From Octopus sinensis (taxonomy: Eukaryota), in assembly GCF_006345805.1 (NCBI RefSeq), contig NC_042998.1, positions 107,136,001 through 107,200,000 of the forward strand: a stretch of 64,000 nucleotides of DNA, in the 5' to 3' direction. Shown piece after piece: positions 36,201 through 49,723 of this stretch (position 1 is its first letter; each line of letters opens with the position of its first letter). Position numbers and translations under genes: made by a program. The notes below the pieces were generated by a model. It was not told where the DNA came from. It was given only the letters and a program-made list of their open reading frames with translations, and did no database searches.

Positions 36201-39200
36201 TAATAATAACAACAACAACAACAACAACAACAACAATAATAATAATAATAATAATAATAATAACTGCTTGGTGCTTGCTTTTGCCGTAGACAAGACCAAC
36301 AATTTTGAGAAGAAGAGGGGTATCGATTATATCGATCCAAGTAATTGACTGGTACGTTTAAATATTAAGATTGACTGTAACTATGAAAGCACCGAACTAA
36401 AATACGTTAGAGTGCATTGCAGTATTTAGTTTCAGCATCAAATCTTAGTCTGAATTATTTCCTTTTATTTACAGATAAAATATGTACCAGAAATTTACTG
36501 CGTCAATCCAACTGTTCCACACGTTGGCTTTGCGCCAAAGGCTTTTAAAAAGTCATCATTTCTTAAAATATTTATCTTGGCCCACTTTCTAAACAGCCTT
36601 TAAATACTATAAAAGAAAGTTATGAAGCTACATTCTTTTTCCATTTTGTTTTCGTATGTCTGTATGTGTGTATGTGTGTGCGCATGTGTGTGTGTGTGCG
36701 TGTGTGTGTGTATGTATGTGTGTTTGTGTGTGTAATATGTCTGCTTTTAACGAATACCTACGTCTAACGCATAATCTTGTGACCTTCACCGACTAAGTTC
36801 GAGGCTATTTTTATTATCTCGAGTGATATTTTTAACATTTACCAAAACGTTAATATTTATAGAATCATATTCCTCAAACAGGTGTAAATTTAGTTTGGAT
36901 ATTCGCCCATATTTTACCAAAACGCTAAAACAAATCAGATTTATACCTTCAAAACTTTCACACATCTTGATGCAGACACGCTGATGTACATGTTGTATGT
37001 ATGTATGTATGTATGTATGTATGTATGTATGTATGTATGTATATGTGTGTGTGTGTTTGTGTGTGTGTGTGCCTGCCTGCCTGCTTGTCTGCGTAAATGT
37101 GTATATATGTAACTGTTCTCCCTTTTTGTGTGTTGGTGTATAACTGATGTGTCTGTATAAGTAAGCTTGTGTGTATTTTTATGGTTTAGTGTGATATACG
37201 ATGTTCATTTATCGTGTTTGTTTTTATGGCTTCTTCTAATGAAACTAGACAAACTGATTACCTGCTCAACGATCGACGTTAGATAGTAAATACTTACAAG
37301 GCAGTTATGTCTATGAGTGATTTAGTGATTTTAACAACTCGAATAATGAGCCAGTCGAAACATTATCTATCAATATGAAATTAGCCATATCATCACTGTA
37401 TGATTAGGCGGGAGGATATCAATATGAATTAGTTTCATGAGAAGAGTTGGAAAATAGGTAGCTGCTTATTTTAGCGTTTATAAATAGTGTGGTAAGCTAT
37501 AATAGAATTTTTGTTAATACCACTAAAGTTCTTACCGGCTCGTAAAAAGAAAATCTGTGTTTAATTACAGTTGCATATAAAGAAGCGGATTAGAGATAAA
37601 TTATCAGTTGTATAGAAAAGCAATCTAATGAAATATTCTTGCATTCTCTCGTCCCATTTTACGAAAGTTAATTGAACCTGATCGTATAGATTAATTACTT
37701 GTAGGGATATCGTATTTCGTTATGCAACCATAATATGCTATAAAGTATATAAAACGCTTTATAAGTCAGTCCTGCGTCATACTGTGTTAGCAGTGCTATT
37801 AAATCACTCAACAGATTTAATTGTACTGATCAAATATACAATGAATTTCCTTCGTGGTACTGAACTTAAGACAGTTAAGCTAAAAGTAGATATTTGTTGT
37901 CCACTTTGAAGCATTTAACAATTCGATTCTATTTTCAGCGTGAATATATAGTATTTAATAGAAATTATATCAGTGGGAACGTTGAACAAACGATCGGTTT
38001 TACAGTATTCTTGAACCGTTAAAAAATAATCGGAGAATTTTAAACTAGCCATTCAAATCATCCTTGGGTCTGGAAATTGCTTTATCTTCTAGTGAGGTAC
38101 TGAAAAATTGTGTGCCAACTTAAAGAAAAAAAAGGACAACTATTCTTCAAGATAACAACGAATGGGCACATTTTACTTTTTGCTTTATTATTTCATCTGA
38201 AGGGGTCAAGTTTTATCCATACAGTAAAAGCAGAAGAAAATTCATTCGTTTGCAAATATGTGCGCATGTATGTGTGACCTTTCTTAAATTATATACACTT
38301 ACCACACGTACCCTCTTCCCTGAAATAAGTCAAGTCACATCTCAATCCTTTACAGTTGATTTATTACTTTCAAAGCTCACAACACCTAACCACCCAACAG
38401 GCTTAACATCACCATTCTCGGTCATTTTTTAAGAATATTCCCCCTCACTACCCTTAATCAATTCTATCCAGAAAATCTCCATTCTTTTTTTCAATGTACT
38501 CTTTAATTCGATATCATTAGTGTCGTTGTACGGGTAGAGATGGTAGTATCGTTACCCAGTTTTTCGGGTGAAAATGTCCTGCTATAAATATAATCAAGAC
38601 TTTTATCTGGTTATCATCCCTATTAACCCTAACCCCCGCCACCACCACCACCAGTTGACTGACGATGTGGAACGTGAAATTTGATTAACGGCTCACTTCG
38701 ATTCAGGCTCAGCCTTGAATAAATCGTGCGCGCACACAAACACATATGCACATACGTGTGTGCATAATTTATTATAATGTTAGTGTTCATCTTACCATCA
38801 TAAGAGATGCAGGATGTGTGCATATTCAGTGTGGTGCCTCACCACCAATTTTGATGTTAATAACTTTCTCAAAAGTCACATTTTTTTAATGCAATTTTAC
38901 TGAGATGTGTTTTTGATAAATTATAATGTGATTATGTTGATGACATTTAGAAAATTAATAACATATATTTATAGCAAATATACAAATGAGATATTTGCTT
39001 TATTTAATTGAATTTTAAGGTAATAAATATTTTTCTTTTTCTAAATTAGTATTCATTTCTTTATTTTGTATAAGCACCAAGAAATTTGATAAAAGTTAAA
39101 TCATAATCATTGTATGTATGTCATATTTCCTGATATTAACGATGGTGGCAAAAGCATACTTCAAAGTTACCAGTCTCATGACATATAAGTGTCTTGTGTG

Positions 39201-39974
39201 TGTGTATGTGCGTGCGCGCACGTTTGTGTGTGTGTGTGTATCAAACATATTTGGTATTGATTCTTGCAGCATAGCGAAAGTAATAAAACTAGAAACATTT
39301 GGAATACACTCTCAAATATATACATATATTTATATCTATATCAAACAGAGTAATAAGCTTATCAAACAGCAGTTACACGTTTATTTTCACTTATTCAGCT
39401 CAGCCCCAGTCACATCGCTTTTATACTCATTTCCTTTTCATCTTCCTCCGAACAGTCATGGCGACATATTCTCTTTGTGGAAATATCAAAATATCATTCG
39501 TTTAGCACATTATACGTTCAATAAACGTTACTTTGTGGCGATACTTTCAAAAGATTTGGTGTAACAGTTAGGTAAGGTCGTAATGCGGTAGCATTTTTAT
39601 CACTTTTGTTTGACAAATGCACCATCGAGCATCGCTGAATTGACAACTGTTTAATCTGCTAGAATTCAAGAAAAAAAATATACAAGCAGTGTTGGTATTT
39701 CCCGTAATAGAAGCAGATTGACAAACCAGATTCTGAATTTTATATCCAAATCAGGATATAAAATTTCGGATGAGTTCCTAACCAAGCAGCTATGAAAAAG
39801 TCTTTCATGAACATTACTGATTTCTTATATAGGCAGATGACGTCAAATTTGAGAGGGAGAGTAAAATGGATTAGATAGAACTCCAGTATTTCACTATGAC
39901 TATTTAATCGACTCTGGAACGATGTAAGGCAAAGTAGAACTTCACTGGGAATTCGGAATTGGAACATAAAAAGA

Positions 39975-40215
39975 CGTAGCTAATTACCGCGTAGCATTTT
40001 GTCCCGCATCTCTTTATATTCTGATTTCGAATTCCAGCCAGGATTATTTTTGTCTTTAATTCTCCCAGGGTCGTTCGGAATGAAATCATAAAAAGACATG
40101 AAATCACATGATATTTTGTTTGACACCGCTTTACATTTTAATTTTGAATCCCTGCCAAAACCAACTTTGCCTTTCATTCTTCCAGGGTCGATAAAAAGAA
40201 AACAGCCTTAGTGAA
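39975..40215 (+). mobile_element. SINE family A variant, degenerate
   Basis: GCGTAGCATTTTGTCCCG...TTCGAATTCCAGCCAGG...CAACTTTGCCTTTCATTCTTCCAGGGTCGATAAAA. Confidence 0.65.
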
Positions 40216-41309
40216 GTACTGAGGATATGTATAATTGCTTATAATTCTACTTTTCTCCTAAGCAACAATATGAGGTGTTATATATATATTCGATAAAGGA
40301 TGTTATCTTAATTTCTGTATTAACACGAGCTAATTTGCTTCTATATTTTACATAAAATTTTACTCATCATCATTTCTTATCTTTGTTTTCCCCCAGGATA
40401 AGCATCTGACTTGCTTTGTAACAAGCAATACGTCTTTCTGTACAGGAATAAAATTATCAAGAACGCATAGATAACCCACAAAATTTATCTTGGTTTAATT
40501 TTTACCGGTCCTCGCAAGCGATACCATCACATAAACTGAAACCTTCCCCACTCTTAACGTGTCTATCAACATGAAAACCATACCATTATCACTACCACTG
40601 TAACTATGAATCACAATCCCTCCTACTGCTTCTGCTTTCCTACAGCAGCATCATGTATAATAACAATCACCACCATCATGTATAATAACAATCACCACCA
40701 TCATTCTAAAAAAAATTACCATTATTGCCGTCACCACTTTTACACTCAACGATGGCAAACTAAAAATACTGCTGCCAACACGCATAGCACCTTCACCATA
40801 ACAGTCAACTCCATAATAAGTCACTCGGCCATCAAGATGGAGCAGCCACATCTACCACATATGAAACCCTACAGCCTTAAAAGATAGACGCACTTAATGA
40901 GTACTATGTGAAACAAAATACGGGCTTTGTTGTAGGTCTGTTCAATCAGGGCTACACTAGAGTTAGACAACAACAACAACACTATCACCAGTTCATTGTT
41001 TAGCATGAAAAGTATTGTTTTCAAGCATAGATTTTAGAGCTCAAATTTGTGACATTATTATATGGAATTATTTTGACCCGAGTTGACTAGTACTTATCAA
41101 AAGTGGTTTGATTTGAACTCAAAAGTATCGTAACTAAATATCTCAAAACATTTTGTCCGACTCCCTAACAATTCCGTCAGCAGTGCCACTTGCAGTATGT
41201 CCATGTTACATCAACGATGGCTCGTACCTAATACTAGTACCACAGATCACTACTTATACGGACCCACTACTAGCAATCGCAATTAATTCTACTAACGCTT
41301 GAGACAAAT

Positions 41310-41795
41310 GAGTAGGTTCCTATGTGATTGCTCGATCTGCAAGAAATAGCAAATAATCTCCTTAAAAGTATATGGGTGTTGAATAATTCCCCTCAACTAC
41401 ACAATGTCTGGAAGAAAAAAGACGGAGTGATCATGGTTGGGGCGTCTTTGATCACTGATCTGCTCGACTGTGGCTCATGGGAAAACAAGAACAACCAATC
41501 CGTCGCAACACAAACTCTGACAACAACTAAGACAACCACCAAATCCAGCACATTATTCAGTCTGCATGAAATAACCGCTAATAACAGCTGTTATTTAGCT
41601 GCATGAAATAACAGCTAAATAACTCTCGAACCAGACTGCTGTCTTTAAAAGAAAAAGAAACACAAACATTAGATAATAAAAGCATATACACCAGGAAAAC
41701 AAAGGACAGTTGCGGGCCGTCGGAGACGTCTGGAATGGCTTTAGTGACGTCTGCTTCATCAGCATCGACTTAGGAATAGACAACAACTGCAATCC
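41310..41795 (+). mobile_element. Two degenerate copies of retroposon family E ((CAA)n-tailed)
   Basis: GCTCGA.CTGC.AGAAATAGCA...TCTCC...GTCTGGAA.G.CTTT....GTCTGCT..ATCAG....GAC.T.GG..TA.ACAACAAC. Related copies at ~27590-27760 (-), ~30240-30810, ~40820-40985 (+), ~42780-43010 (-) and ~46590-46850 (+). Confidence 0.65.
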
Positions 41796-42344
41796 AGTAG
41801 CATCACTAACATCAGTGCAACAATTTACACCAACATCAAATCCACTTCTATCTTTAAATGTCATAACAGTATCATCATAAGAAGTGCTTCGTTTATAGAA
41901 ATGCAACAACAAAAATACTAATTCAGGACAAATAATTTCCTCACGGAAATGAATTTAGATTGAACTGAAATATAAAGCTAGACCAATCAGATAAACAATC
42001 TTCAAATACAGTTCATAAAACAACATCTTCGAAAACCTAAACACTAAAAATTGATTTTATAAAACATTTAAACATCAGAAAATATTCATCCGCTCTTAGC
42101 CACGACAATCTTTTTTACCTATGCCATGAAACTCTTTGAATTTGGCGAACTAATTACTCAGATTGACACAATGTTCTGCATTTATTGTCAAGGAAGGAAA
42201 TTTGTGTTAAAAAGAAAATGTTAATTTTAAAATTTTCTGGTGATCATTAGTGTAATGAAAGAATAAGAAAACAGAAGAAAATAATCAGTTGATTGGCAGA
42301 TCTTGCCGTTAATGTAACGCGAAATCTGCCAATTATATCCTCCT

Positions 42345-42490
42345 ACTATAGACACAAGGCCCGAAATTTGGGGGAAGAGGGCTAGTATTCAACTGGTACT
42401 TATTTTATCAACTCCGAAAAGGCAAAGTCGACCTCGGTGGAATTTTAACTCAGAACGTAAAACCGAAAGAAATGCCGCTAAGCATTTTAT
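42345..42490 (-). mobile_element. SINE family A, internally deleted
   Basis: GACACAAGGCCCGAAATTTGGGG...AAGGCAAAGTCGACCTCGGTGGAATTTTAACTCAGAACGTAAA. Confidence 0.82.
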
Positions 42491-43198
42491 TCTGTTACAA
42501 GTAAGGCTGCAGAAGACAGTGACACCCTCGGAGGGAAATGATCATGGACACATCCCCTTCCTCAAAGCGAAAACTATAAGATAAATATCAAATAAGAGGA
42601 TTCTAATGCTATTGGTCTCTCGCACATCCACTTAGAAGATCCTGCTACGCTCCAAACTGACATATATTTTCAGTAAAATTAGCATCAGTCTCCTGTTACT
42701 CTTCACTTGTTTGGCTTGACCACTCATAAAAGTTGAAGCAACCACGTAAAGGTTTCCTCGATTACTTCAGGGATATGTTGCGGCTGTTGTTCTTATTATT
42801 GCTGCTGCTTATCCCTGGGGATGTCTGAAGAAACAGACATGTTAGAAAACCAGCCCATCTGTGACCATATTATTTTTATTTCAGATACACTGCGTATCAG
42901 AGACTACATTATTCAATATGTCCTTCCGAACTTTTAAGACGTTAGGGTGAGCTTTGAAGGAAACTTGACGTATATTTCTAAAGGATCGAGCAACCACACA
43001 GAGGTTACATCGATGGCTCTGGAATTATTCCATTGTAACATCTGGCGCAGTCAGTAGGATAAGAAACATTAGCAAATGTCTACATTTGTGAAAAGGCATG
43101 AGCATATTGCTGTGCATAATATCTAACCAAGACGTCATCATGGTGGTATTGTAGTTTGGCTATGGCTTGATGGCTGAAACTGGTTTGTGCGTATCTCT

Positions 43199-43256
<58 letters not shown>

Positions 43257-44189
43257 AGAGAGCGAGAAATAGATAGACAGACACAGACGGACAGGCAGAC
43301 AGAGAGAAGGATGAAGCGAGAGTAGAGAAAGAGAGGTATCAGTTGGTTATATAATTTACATTGTACTTTTTAACTGTCTGTTAACTGCACAGGCTTCATC
43401 ATCATCATCATCCTCATCATCATCGTCATCCTTCATATTAATATATTTATCATTATTAATATTACTAAAACTATTATTAATATTTATACAATCATTTACT
43501 TTTCTTTTTTTCACTTTAATCTAAGTTGGCTTATAGGGTCATTTCATTTAATCCTCTGGCCTATGTTCAATAAACTCCGCAGATTACCGATTGAAACACA
43601 CACACACGCACGCACACACGCACGCACGCACGCACACACACACACACACACACAACACACACACACAAACACAGATTCTATGAAAGGAAAGAAGAAAAAC
43701 GACAGTATTCTCCATGATCTTTTCCTACTAGTTTATCTGCTATAAAATTTTCCTTTCATTAGAAGTAAATCTCTTCTGACTGCCTTTCAAGTTGATACTT
43801 AAAAAGAAATGTTTTATGATCTGACTATAAAAATTTACTGCAGCCGTTGTATTTGTCTTCTTTTTAATCTATATTTTATTTTTATAATCTGTCTCTCTCT
43901 AACTCTCTTTATATCTATGCATCGCTTCTCTCTTCTTTCTTTCTATTTTATTAATTTATATCGCTTCAGCTACCTAACATATTTTCTTTTAACTTGTTTT
44001 CTTAAATATATTTTGTTTTAGAAATTTGAGTCTCTCTTTGTAGCATCCTCTCTACCTCTCTCTGTCAGCTTCTCCCCCCTCTCTCTCTCTCTTTCTCTCT
44101 TTTCTCACATTTTCTGTCTTTCCGATTATAATCTCATTTATTTTTCTAATGATCTGTTTATATCTTGTTTTATACACGCGCGCGTGCGT

Positions 44190-44400
44190 CTGTGTTTATG
44201 TTTGTCCTCCATTACTACTTGACAACTAATGTTCGTTTGTAACGTAGCTGTTCGGCAAAAGGTGTAGATGGAGTAACATGCTTAAAATAATAAGTACAGG
44301 TTCGATTTGTTCGATTAAACCTTTTAAGGCGCAGTCCCAGCATGGACTCAGTACAATAACTGAAACCAAATAGAAAATAAAAGAGATAGATAACTAAATC
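44190..44400 (+). mobile_element. SINE family C, 3' half
   Basis: TTTGTCCTCC...TTGACAAC...CTGTTCGGCAAAAGG...AATAAGTAC...CGATTTGTTCGATTAAACC...AAGGCGCAGTCCCAGCATGG. Confidence 0.75.
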
Positions 44401-44669
44401 ATTTAATCCACCCTATTGAACGGGCAATAGTCTCTGTGTGTAAGATGTTTTCCCATTTCAGAGTCACAACCATTTAGAGCTAATCCAGGCAAAATGACCT
44501 TCCAGCATTTAAAAATGGCAATCCAGCATGTATTTAATGTGGTTTCATTCATTTCATAAGATGCCTTTACTCACTGAGAGTTTGTTTTTTTTTCATATAT
44601 ACCCCTGAAACAGTTGCCAGGTTTTCTTCCATATCATCGATATTTTTTTATTGGAATGCTTACCATCCT

Positions 44670-44987
44670 GGCTCTCCGTCGGTTACGAGAACGAGGTTTC
44701 CAGTTGATCCGATCAACGGAACAGTATACTTGTAAAATTAACGTTTAAATGGCTGAGCACTCCACAGACACGCATATCCTTAACGTAGTTTCCATGAAGA
44801 TTCACCGTGACACAGTGTGATAAGCCTGGCCCTTTGAATTACATGTACAACTCGCTTTTGCCAGCTGTGTGTGCTGGAGAAATGAGAAATAAAGTGTCTT
44901 GGTCAAGGACACAACGCGTCGCCGAGAATCGAACACACGATCTTACGGTCATGATCCAAATACCCTAGCCACTAATCCACGCACCTT
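44670..44987 (-). mobile_element. Full-length tRNA-derived SINE family D
   Basis: Reverse complement of 63076-63392 over ~315 nt, with an A/B-box head, a TGTGTCCTTGACCAAGACACTTTATTTC central domain and the CTCGT..TCGTAACCGACGGAG end. Confidence 0.92.
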
Positions 44988-44989
44988 CT

Positions 44990-45755
44990 GTTTAACATAG
45001 CTTCTCATCAAATTACAAGTTATATGTTGATCTAATCGTTGAGTAAGTGGTGTAGTATTACTAAGAGGTAAGAACAGAACTTTAAAGTTAGAACTTTTTA
45101 ATCACAGGGATGTGATGGAGCGTTTTTAATTAGTAATAACATTTTGAAGTCAATACTCTTGCTTTTGAGTAAATATCTGTTTCAAAAACAAAGTTTTCAT
45201 AAAACCAGTTATCAAATATTGTAGCAGTCAGCCATGTTTTATAATTCGCATGTCAGTCAACGGTGAAGTTTATTTTCATTGAACCCTTTCAATTCACATG
45301 GATTAATAGCACCATTAATTAATAATGTCGTTATGAAACTGTCACCTAATGCATTATAGCATATTAATAATGCCATTCGATCTCCAGGTACTTTGAATTC
45401 GCTAACAGTTAACCTTCTGTTCTTGGAATAAAATTTTTCTTAGGCATTGTCTTCCAGAACAAACTGATTTCATTAGCATTAAATATTTGTTTTAAAGAAA
45501 CGGATCTTTAATTATTTAGCTAATTGTGGTGCAAATTTTACCGTAGTTTTCTTATGGCTTGATCCACTTTTTCCATGCAAATTCATATAATGAAAGTTTC
45601 ATTTATAAAACAACATTCAAGCCATCACCTTATCCTAGAAAATACAGGTCGTAATTGATAAGATGTTTGGTTTGTAATGTTGATTTCATTATAAAACTTT
45701 GCTACTTTTTGTCGTAGCGAAACTGTGAATAAGCAATTATTGTATTTTATTTTCA
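44990..45755 (-). mobile_element. Tigger/pogo (CENP-B HTH + DDE_1) transposase relic
   Basis: Frameshift-corrected: LHGKSGSS...QIFNANEISLFWKTMPKKNFI...FKVPGDRMALLICYNALGD...KTWLTATIFDNWFYENFV...DFKMLLLIKNAPSHP...LP...TTPLTQRLDQHI. It matches the Tigger consensus IFNADETGLFWK.MP / WMT..IF..WF / LLLLDNAP.HP / FLPPNTTS.IQPMDQG. Confidence 0.88.
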
Positions 45756-45767
45756 CTCCAAAATATT

Positions 45768-45980
45768 GGTTTCAAATTTTAGCACAAGTCCAGCAGTTTG
45801 GGGGGAGGGGCTAAGTCGAGTAAATTGACCCTAGTACTCAACTAGTACTTATTTCAGCGACCCCAAAAGGATGAAAGGCAAAGTCGACCTTGCTGAATTT
45901 GAACTCGGTGCGTAAAGACGGATGGAATGCTACAAAGCATTTCCCCCATCGTACTAATGATTCTACCAGCTCCCCGCCTT
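45768..45980 (-). mobile_element. SINE family A inserted next to or into the Tigger relic
   Basis: AGCACAAGTCCAGCAGTTTGGGGGAGGGGCTAAGTCGAG...AAAGGATGAAAGGCAAAGTCGACCTTGCTGAATTTGAACTCGG...CTACCAGCTCCCCGCCTT. Confidence 0.88.
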
Positions 45981-46034
45981 AGCTTCACTTCAAAATATTA
46001 CGAACTTTTGCTTCACTATTATTACTGACAGCCT

Positions 46035-46460
46035 CCTCCAATATGTAACACTTGGTGAAGAATGGATTTTGATGTAGCTACCCTCATTTGCACCTCTTGC
46101 CGTGAGGTGCGTTCATTTGGGTCTCTCAACAGGAAGAGGTCCAGCTTTGATTTAAAAACGCCTACATCTCCTTCGTGCAGGTTCCTCAGGCTCTTTGGGA
46201 GAATAATAAAAAGCTATGAGCCCCTGAAGCCCAGGCTGTTGTAGTAACTAGTCCTGAAGCGCGATGACATTGCTGGGATCTTTGGCACTATGCAGTGTCG
46301 TCCCATTCTGGCATTGGTGTAGCTTTCAATGCCAAAATTTGGCACAATTCCTTCCAGGATTTCCAGATGTATATTACTGCATACCTCTCCCACCTTCTCT
46401 CCAGAGAATAGAGTCTTAGCTGCTTAAGCCGTTCCCAGTAGTTGAGCAGTTGCATTGTGC
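46035..46460 (-). mobile_element. CR1/L2-group LINE, 3' end of ORF2
   Basis: Minus-strand translation YWERLKQLRLYSLERRWERYAVIYIWKILEGIVPNFG...GRHCIVP...SLGFRGS*LFIILPKSLRNL...VFKSKLDLFL, the classic Y.ERL..L.L.SLE.RR.R.D / LFN.LP..IR / FK..LD.FL tail. Confidence 0.9.
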
Positions 46461-48057
46461 GCGCGCGCGCGCATGTATGTGTGTATGAACGCCAAACATA
46501 AAAGAACGCAGTTAAATGCCAAATATATTGTCCGGTGCGCTATTGATTGCAACTCTAATTTAGATTAATTTAGATTAAACAGTTTTTATTTTTGATTGGA
46601 AGGCCATTCTTAAAGGGAAAAGAGCATAAAGAAATTAATTGTATACCTAAGTATACAATTGTAGAAGTAGCAGTCAAAACCCCTTCATCAAACATCCTTC
46701 TGTCTCAGAGTATTTATATTCGGTAATGAATTTTTAGATATACTGTCTGTAAAAAAATTAAAACTGGTCGCAGCTAGAATGCTTTTTTATCATAAACCTG
46801 GTTGATCAAGGCTAACTAAGTCAACAACAACAGCAACAACAGTGTTTTATCAGCAGCAGGAAACTATTGATATGAAAACAGGATTTTCTCTTTCTTACAT
46901 AATTGTGATTTCTAACGTTTTGTCGAAGAAAGGAAATCAAAATTTGAGCTACTGATATTTTTATCAATGATGTTAGTGCTGAAAGTGAATTGTAATGACT
47001 AAACTGAGATAACTCCCCGGTAAAGAATAATTTCCCGTCGTAATAAACGTTACGTGATTATATATTTTTATTTTATGAGGCAAGTAATTTTTTTTATATA
47101 TTTCAGCTGTTAGTATTCTATCTTTTCATCGATTAAGACATGTCAAGAATGATTTGGTTCCCACCGCAACTTTCAGAACTGTTAGCTGAAATTAATCATG
47201 TCAAATTTGTCAATTTTTATCGTTCTGAGGCATTAAGAATTAATGAAATTACACCAAGGTTACTCTGTTCCGTTTGGCGGGACGTGCGCAAACGTGATTC
47301 AGATATATATATATATATGAAAGTAAAATTATGGAATATCTTCAGCTGGGAATACGAAACCAGTTCGCTGACTCGACTCGCTGAGTGTTTAACTTTTAGT
47401 CTGCGAAGCTCGATGTCCTTAAAAACAGAAAAATACAAGAAAATAAAAGAAAAATTATCAAAGAAACGCATATATAAAAAGGAATTAAGGACAATAAAGA
47501 AACAGAAACGTTGTAAACAGAATATATCTAATAGAAATCAATAATTTGTTCCTTGTATATGTGCATATTTTTGTCCACTCCATAAAATATACATCATTGA
47601 TTGTTTTGACTATGTTTATAGATCTTCGCTGGTATTGTTGGTGTTGCTACTGCTTTTGCTGATGCTATAATCTTTTGTTATTTTTTTGCTGAACCATTAT
47701 TGTTAGTTTTACTAGTTTATTTGTTGCAATATTACAATATTCAATCAAATCCTAGTAGGGATATATTTACACAGCGAGGAGCGGAAGGAAAAATAAAAAA
47801 GAAAGAATTGACAGAAGTTAGGCATATAAATCTACACGGAGGGATTATTAAAGAATATATATTTATAATCCTACTTGACTGTTCAGTAAAGATGGTCCAA
47901 AAAAAAAACACATAACTCGTTAATTAACGGATTTGTGTGGCATTGTTCCATCATTTTATCTTTCAGAGCTTGTAATACTTAGACAATATGGCCAAGTGAA
48001 AGTACCTCAAAAGACCAGTATGTATACTAGAGACATATACACTAGGGCCTTACGTAA

Positions 48058-48360
48058 TATAGTGAGAAGGGAAACTTCGTTTAACCGAGATTTCCTTTGC
48101 AATTCATTAAAAAAAAAAACTCCTCTAGGAATGTTTAAAATGTACGCAACAACAAGCTGGAGAAATAAATCTAATCAACTCAGTTAATCGAAATTCTTTT
48201 AAAATAAAAACGATGAAAGATGAGAATAGGTTTTGTCATTAGATCCAGATGTTGAAATCAACGAACTTATGTCGATGTCGTTAGACCACTTCGGAAAAGA
48301 AAAAAATCTTTTCCGACTATCATAATCGATAATCTCAGTTAATCGAAGTTTTTTACTATA
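48058..48360. mobile_element. Pogo/Tigger-like MITE (~300 nt), degenerate
   Basis: Imperfect TIRs TATAGTGAG....AAACTTCGTTTAACCGAG / CTCAGTTAATCGAAGTTTTTTACTATA, plus an internal copy CTCAGTTAATCGAA at ~48180. Confidence 0.55.
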
Positions 48361-49671
48361 TTACATCCGTCAGACAGTAACGTATGTGTATTTAGTATGC
48401 AGGACGCTCTACTGGGGTACTTTCCTTATAATAGATTACTTATATCCATAATCAGCATCGTTACATCACTCCTGTTTCTATAGATAGTTATATCTTCTTC
48501 ACTTGGACAACTGAGTACAGCAGACTGCTCTGAAGAGGTTTGATAAGACAACAATATGTCCGTTGATTTCACCAGCTGGATTTTAAAATAAAATCTTTTT
48601 TATCAGCATCATCTTCATTTCGAGAAATTTCTGTTAACGGATTTTATTGCACTAATCTGTTAGCTTGCTCGCTTTTTAATATATTTTAAACACTGCTAGA
48701 GAGGGGATTGTAAGAACACTTCGGACTGCTACTCACAAGAATATCGTGGTTGTTAGGCTTTACATCTTAATCCGCCATTAAAGAGTAATCAGTACTAAGA
48801 AGATTCGTGTAGGATTCTCAGTCGTAGTCTCTAACTTGAAAAAAACTCAGAACACCAATATTAGTCGATTAAATTGACCATAGTACTATGCTGGTACTTT
48901 ATTTTATCGACACAGAAGAATGAAACTTTGATCACAGCAGGTTTTTAACTCACAAAGTAAAATGCCAGGGCTAAATACCGTGAGATTTTTATCCGATGTT
49001 GCAACAATTCTTCCCAGTCAATTTCTTCGTATATACCACAAAGTACGAATTTAACAAGAATAGTCTGAAAATATGTATGTCAACCCTAGAACCCACAGTA
49101 CAAAATACTAAGATAAAAACGAGACAGGGAAGCCTCAACACGGTCACTGGATCTTTTAGAGCCAGCCAGACCTCTCTAAAATCAAAACTTATTGCCTTAA
49201 AAAGGAAGAATGTATAGGAAAATGTAGTCTAAAATACGCTTATAGTTAGAACGCATTTGATCTTAGATTTGCGTTCCTTTGAAAGCAAAGACAATTGTTT
49301 TTTGTATATTCATTCAAAGCATCTCTATAAATTAAATCCTCTACATATTCTTCAACAGCTATAACGTCCATTTCCCAGTACTTTACTGTACACAGATGTG
49401 TTAATTTTGATACCAATAACCATTCGATAATATCATATTATGTGTGTGTGCGTATGTGTACGCGTATTGAGGTGTACTGCATATACACACACCGGCCTAA
49501 AATCGGTGTTGTTTTATTGCGTCTTTTTTAAGTTCTTTAACTCATTGTTTTGATAAAAACAGGTCAATGAAATTAATATCACACTGAAATCAGTACTGGA
49601 GTTGGTATGATCGATTAAAACCTTGAAGATAGCATCGCAGAACGGCCACAGTAAAAGAAAACGAAGGGTTG

Positions 49672-49723
<52 letters not shown>

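Noticed and set aside
36475-36603. Strong plus-strand acceptor followed by IKYVPEIYCVNPTVPHVGFAPK
   Set aside because: No convincing donor, no recognisable protein and no partner exons; pyrimidine tract + AG is frequent in this AT-rich DNA.
38620-38640. TTAACCCTAACCC telomere-like motif
   Set aside because: Only two units; expected by chance.
39398-39575. Apparent acceptor and GTAAGG donor pair
   Set aside because: All three frames contain stops between the sites.
41595-41912. 105-aa minus-strand ORF with apparent splice sites
   Set aside because: Its 41595-41795 part is the antisense of a family E repeat (CTGGAATGGCTTT...GTCTGCT..ATCAG...ACAACAAC).
42887-42950. Apparent exon TTTCAG|ATACAC...TTAGG|GTGAGC
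   Set aside because: It lies wholly within an antisense family E repeat copy; at most an exonisation candidate, with no evidence for it.
48361-48840. Coding-like minus-strand patches (SEQSAVLSCPSEEDITIYRNRSDV)
   Set aside because: Frames are short and stop-ridden and match no family I recognise.
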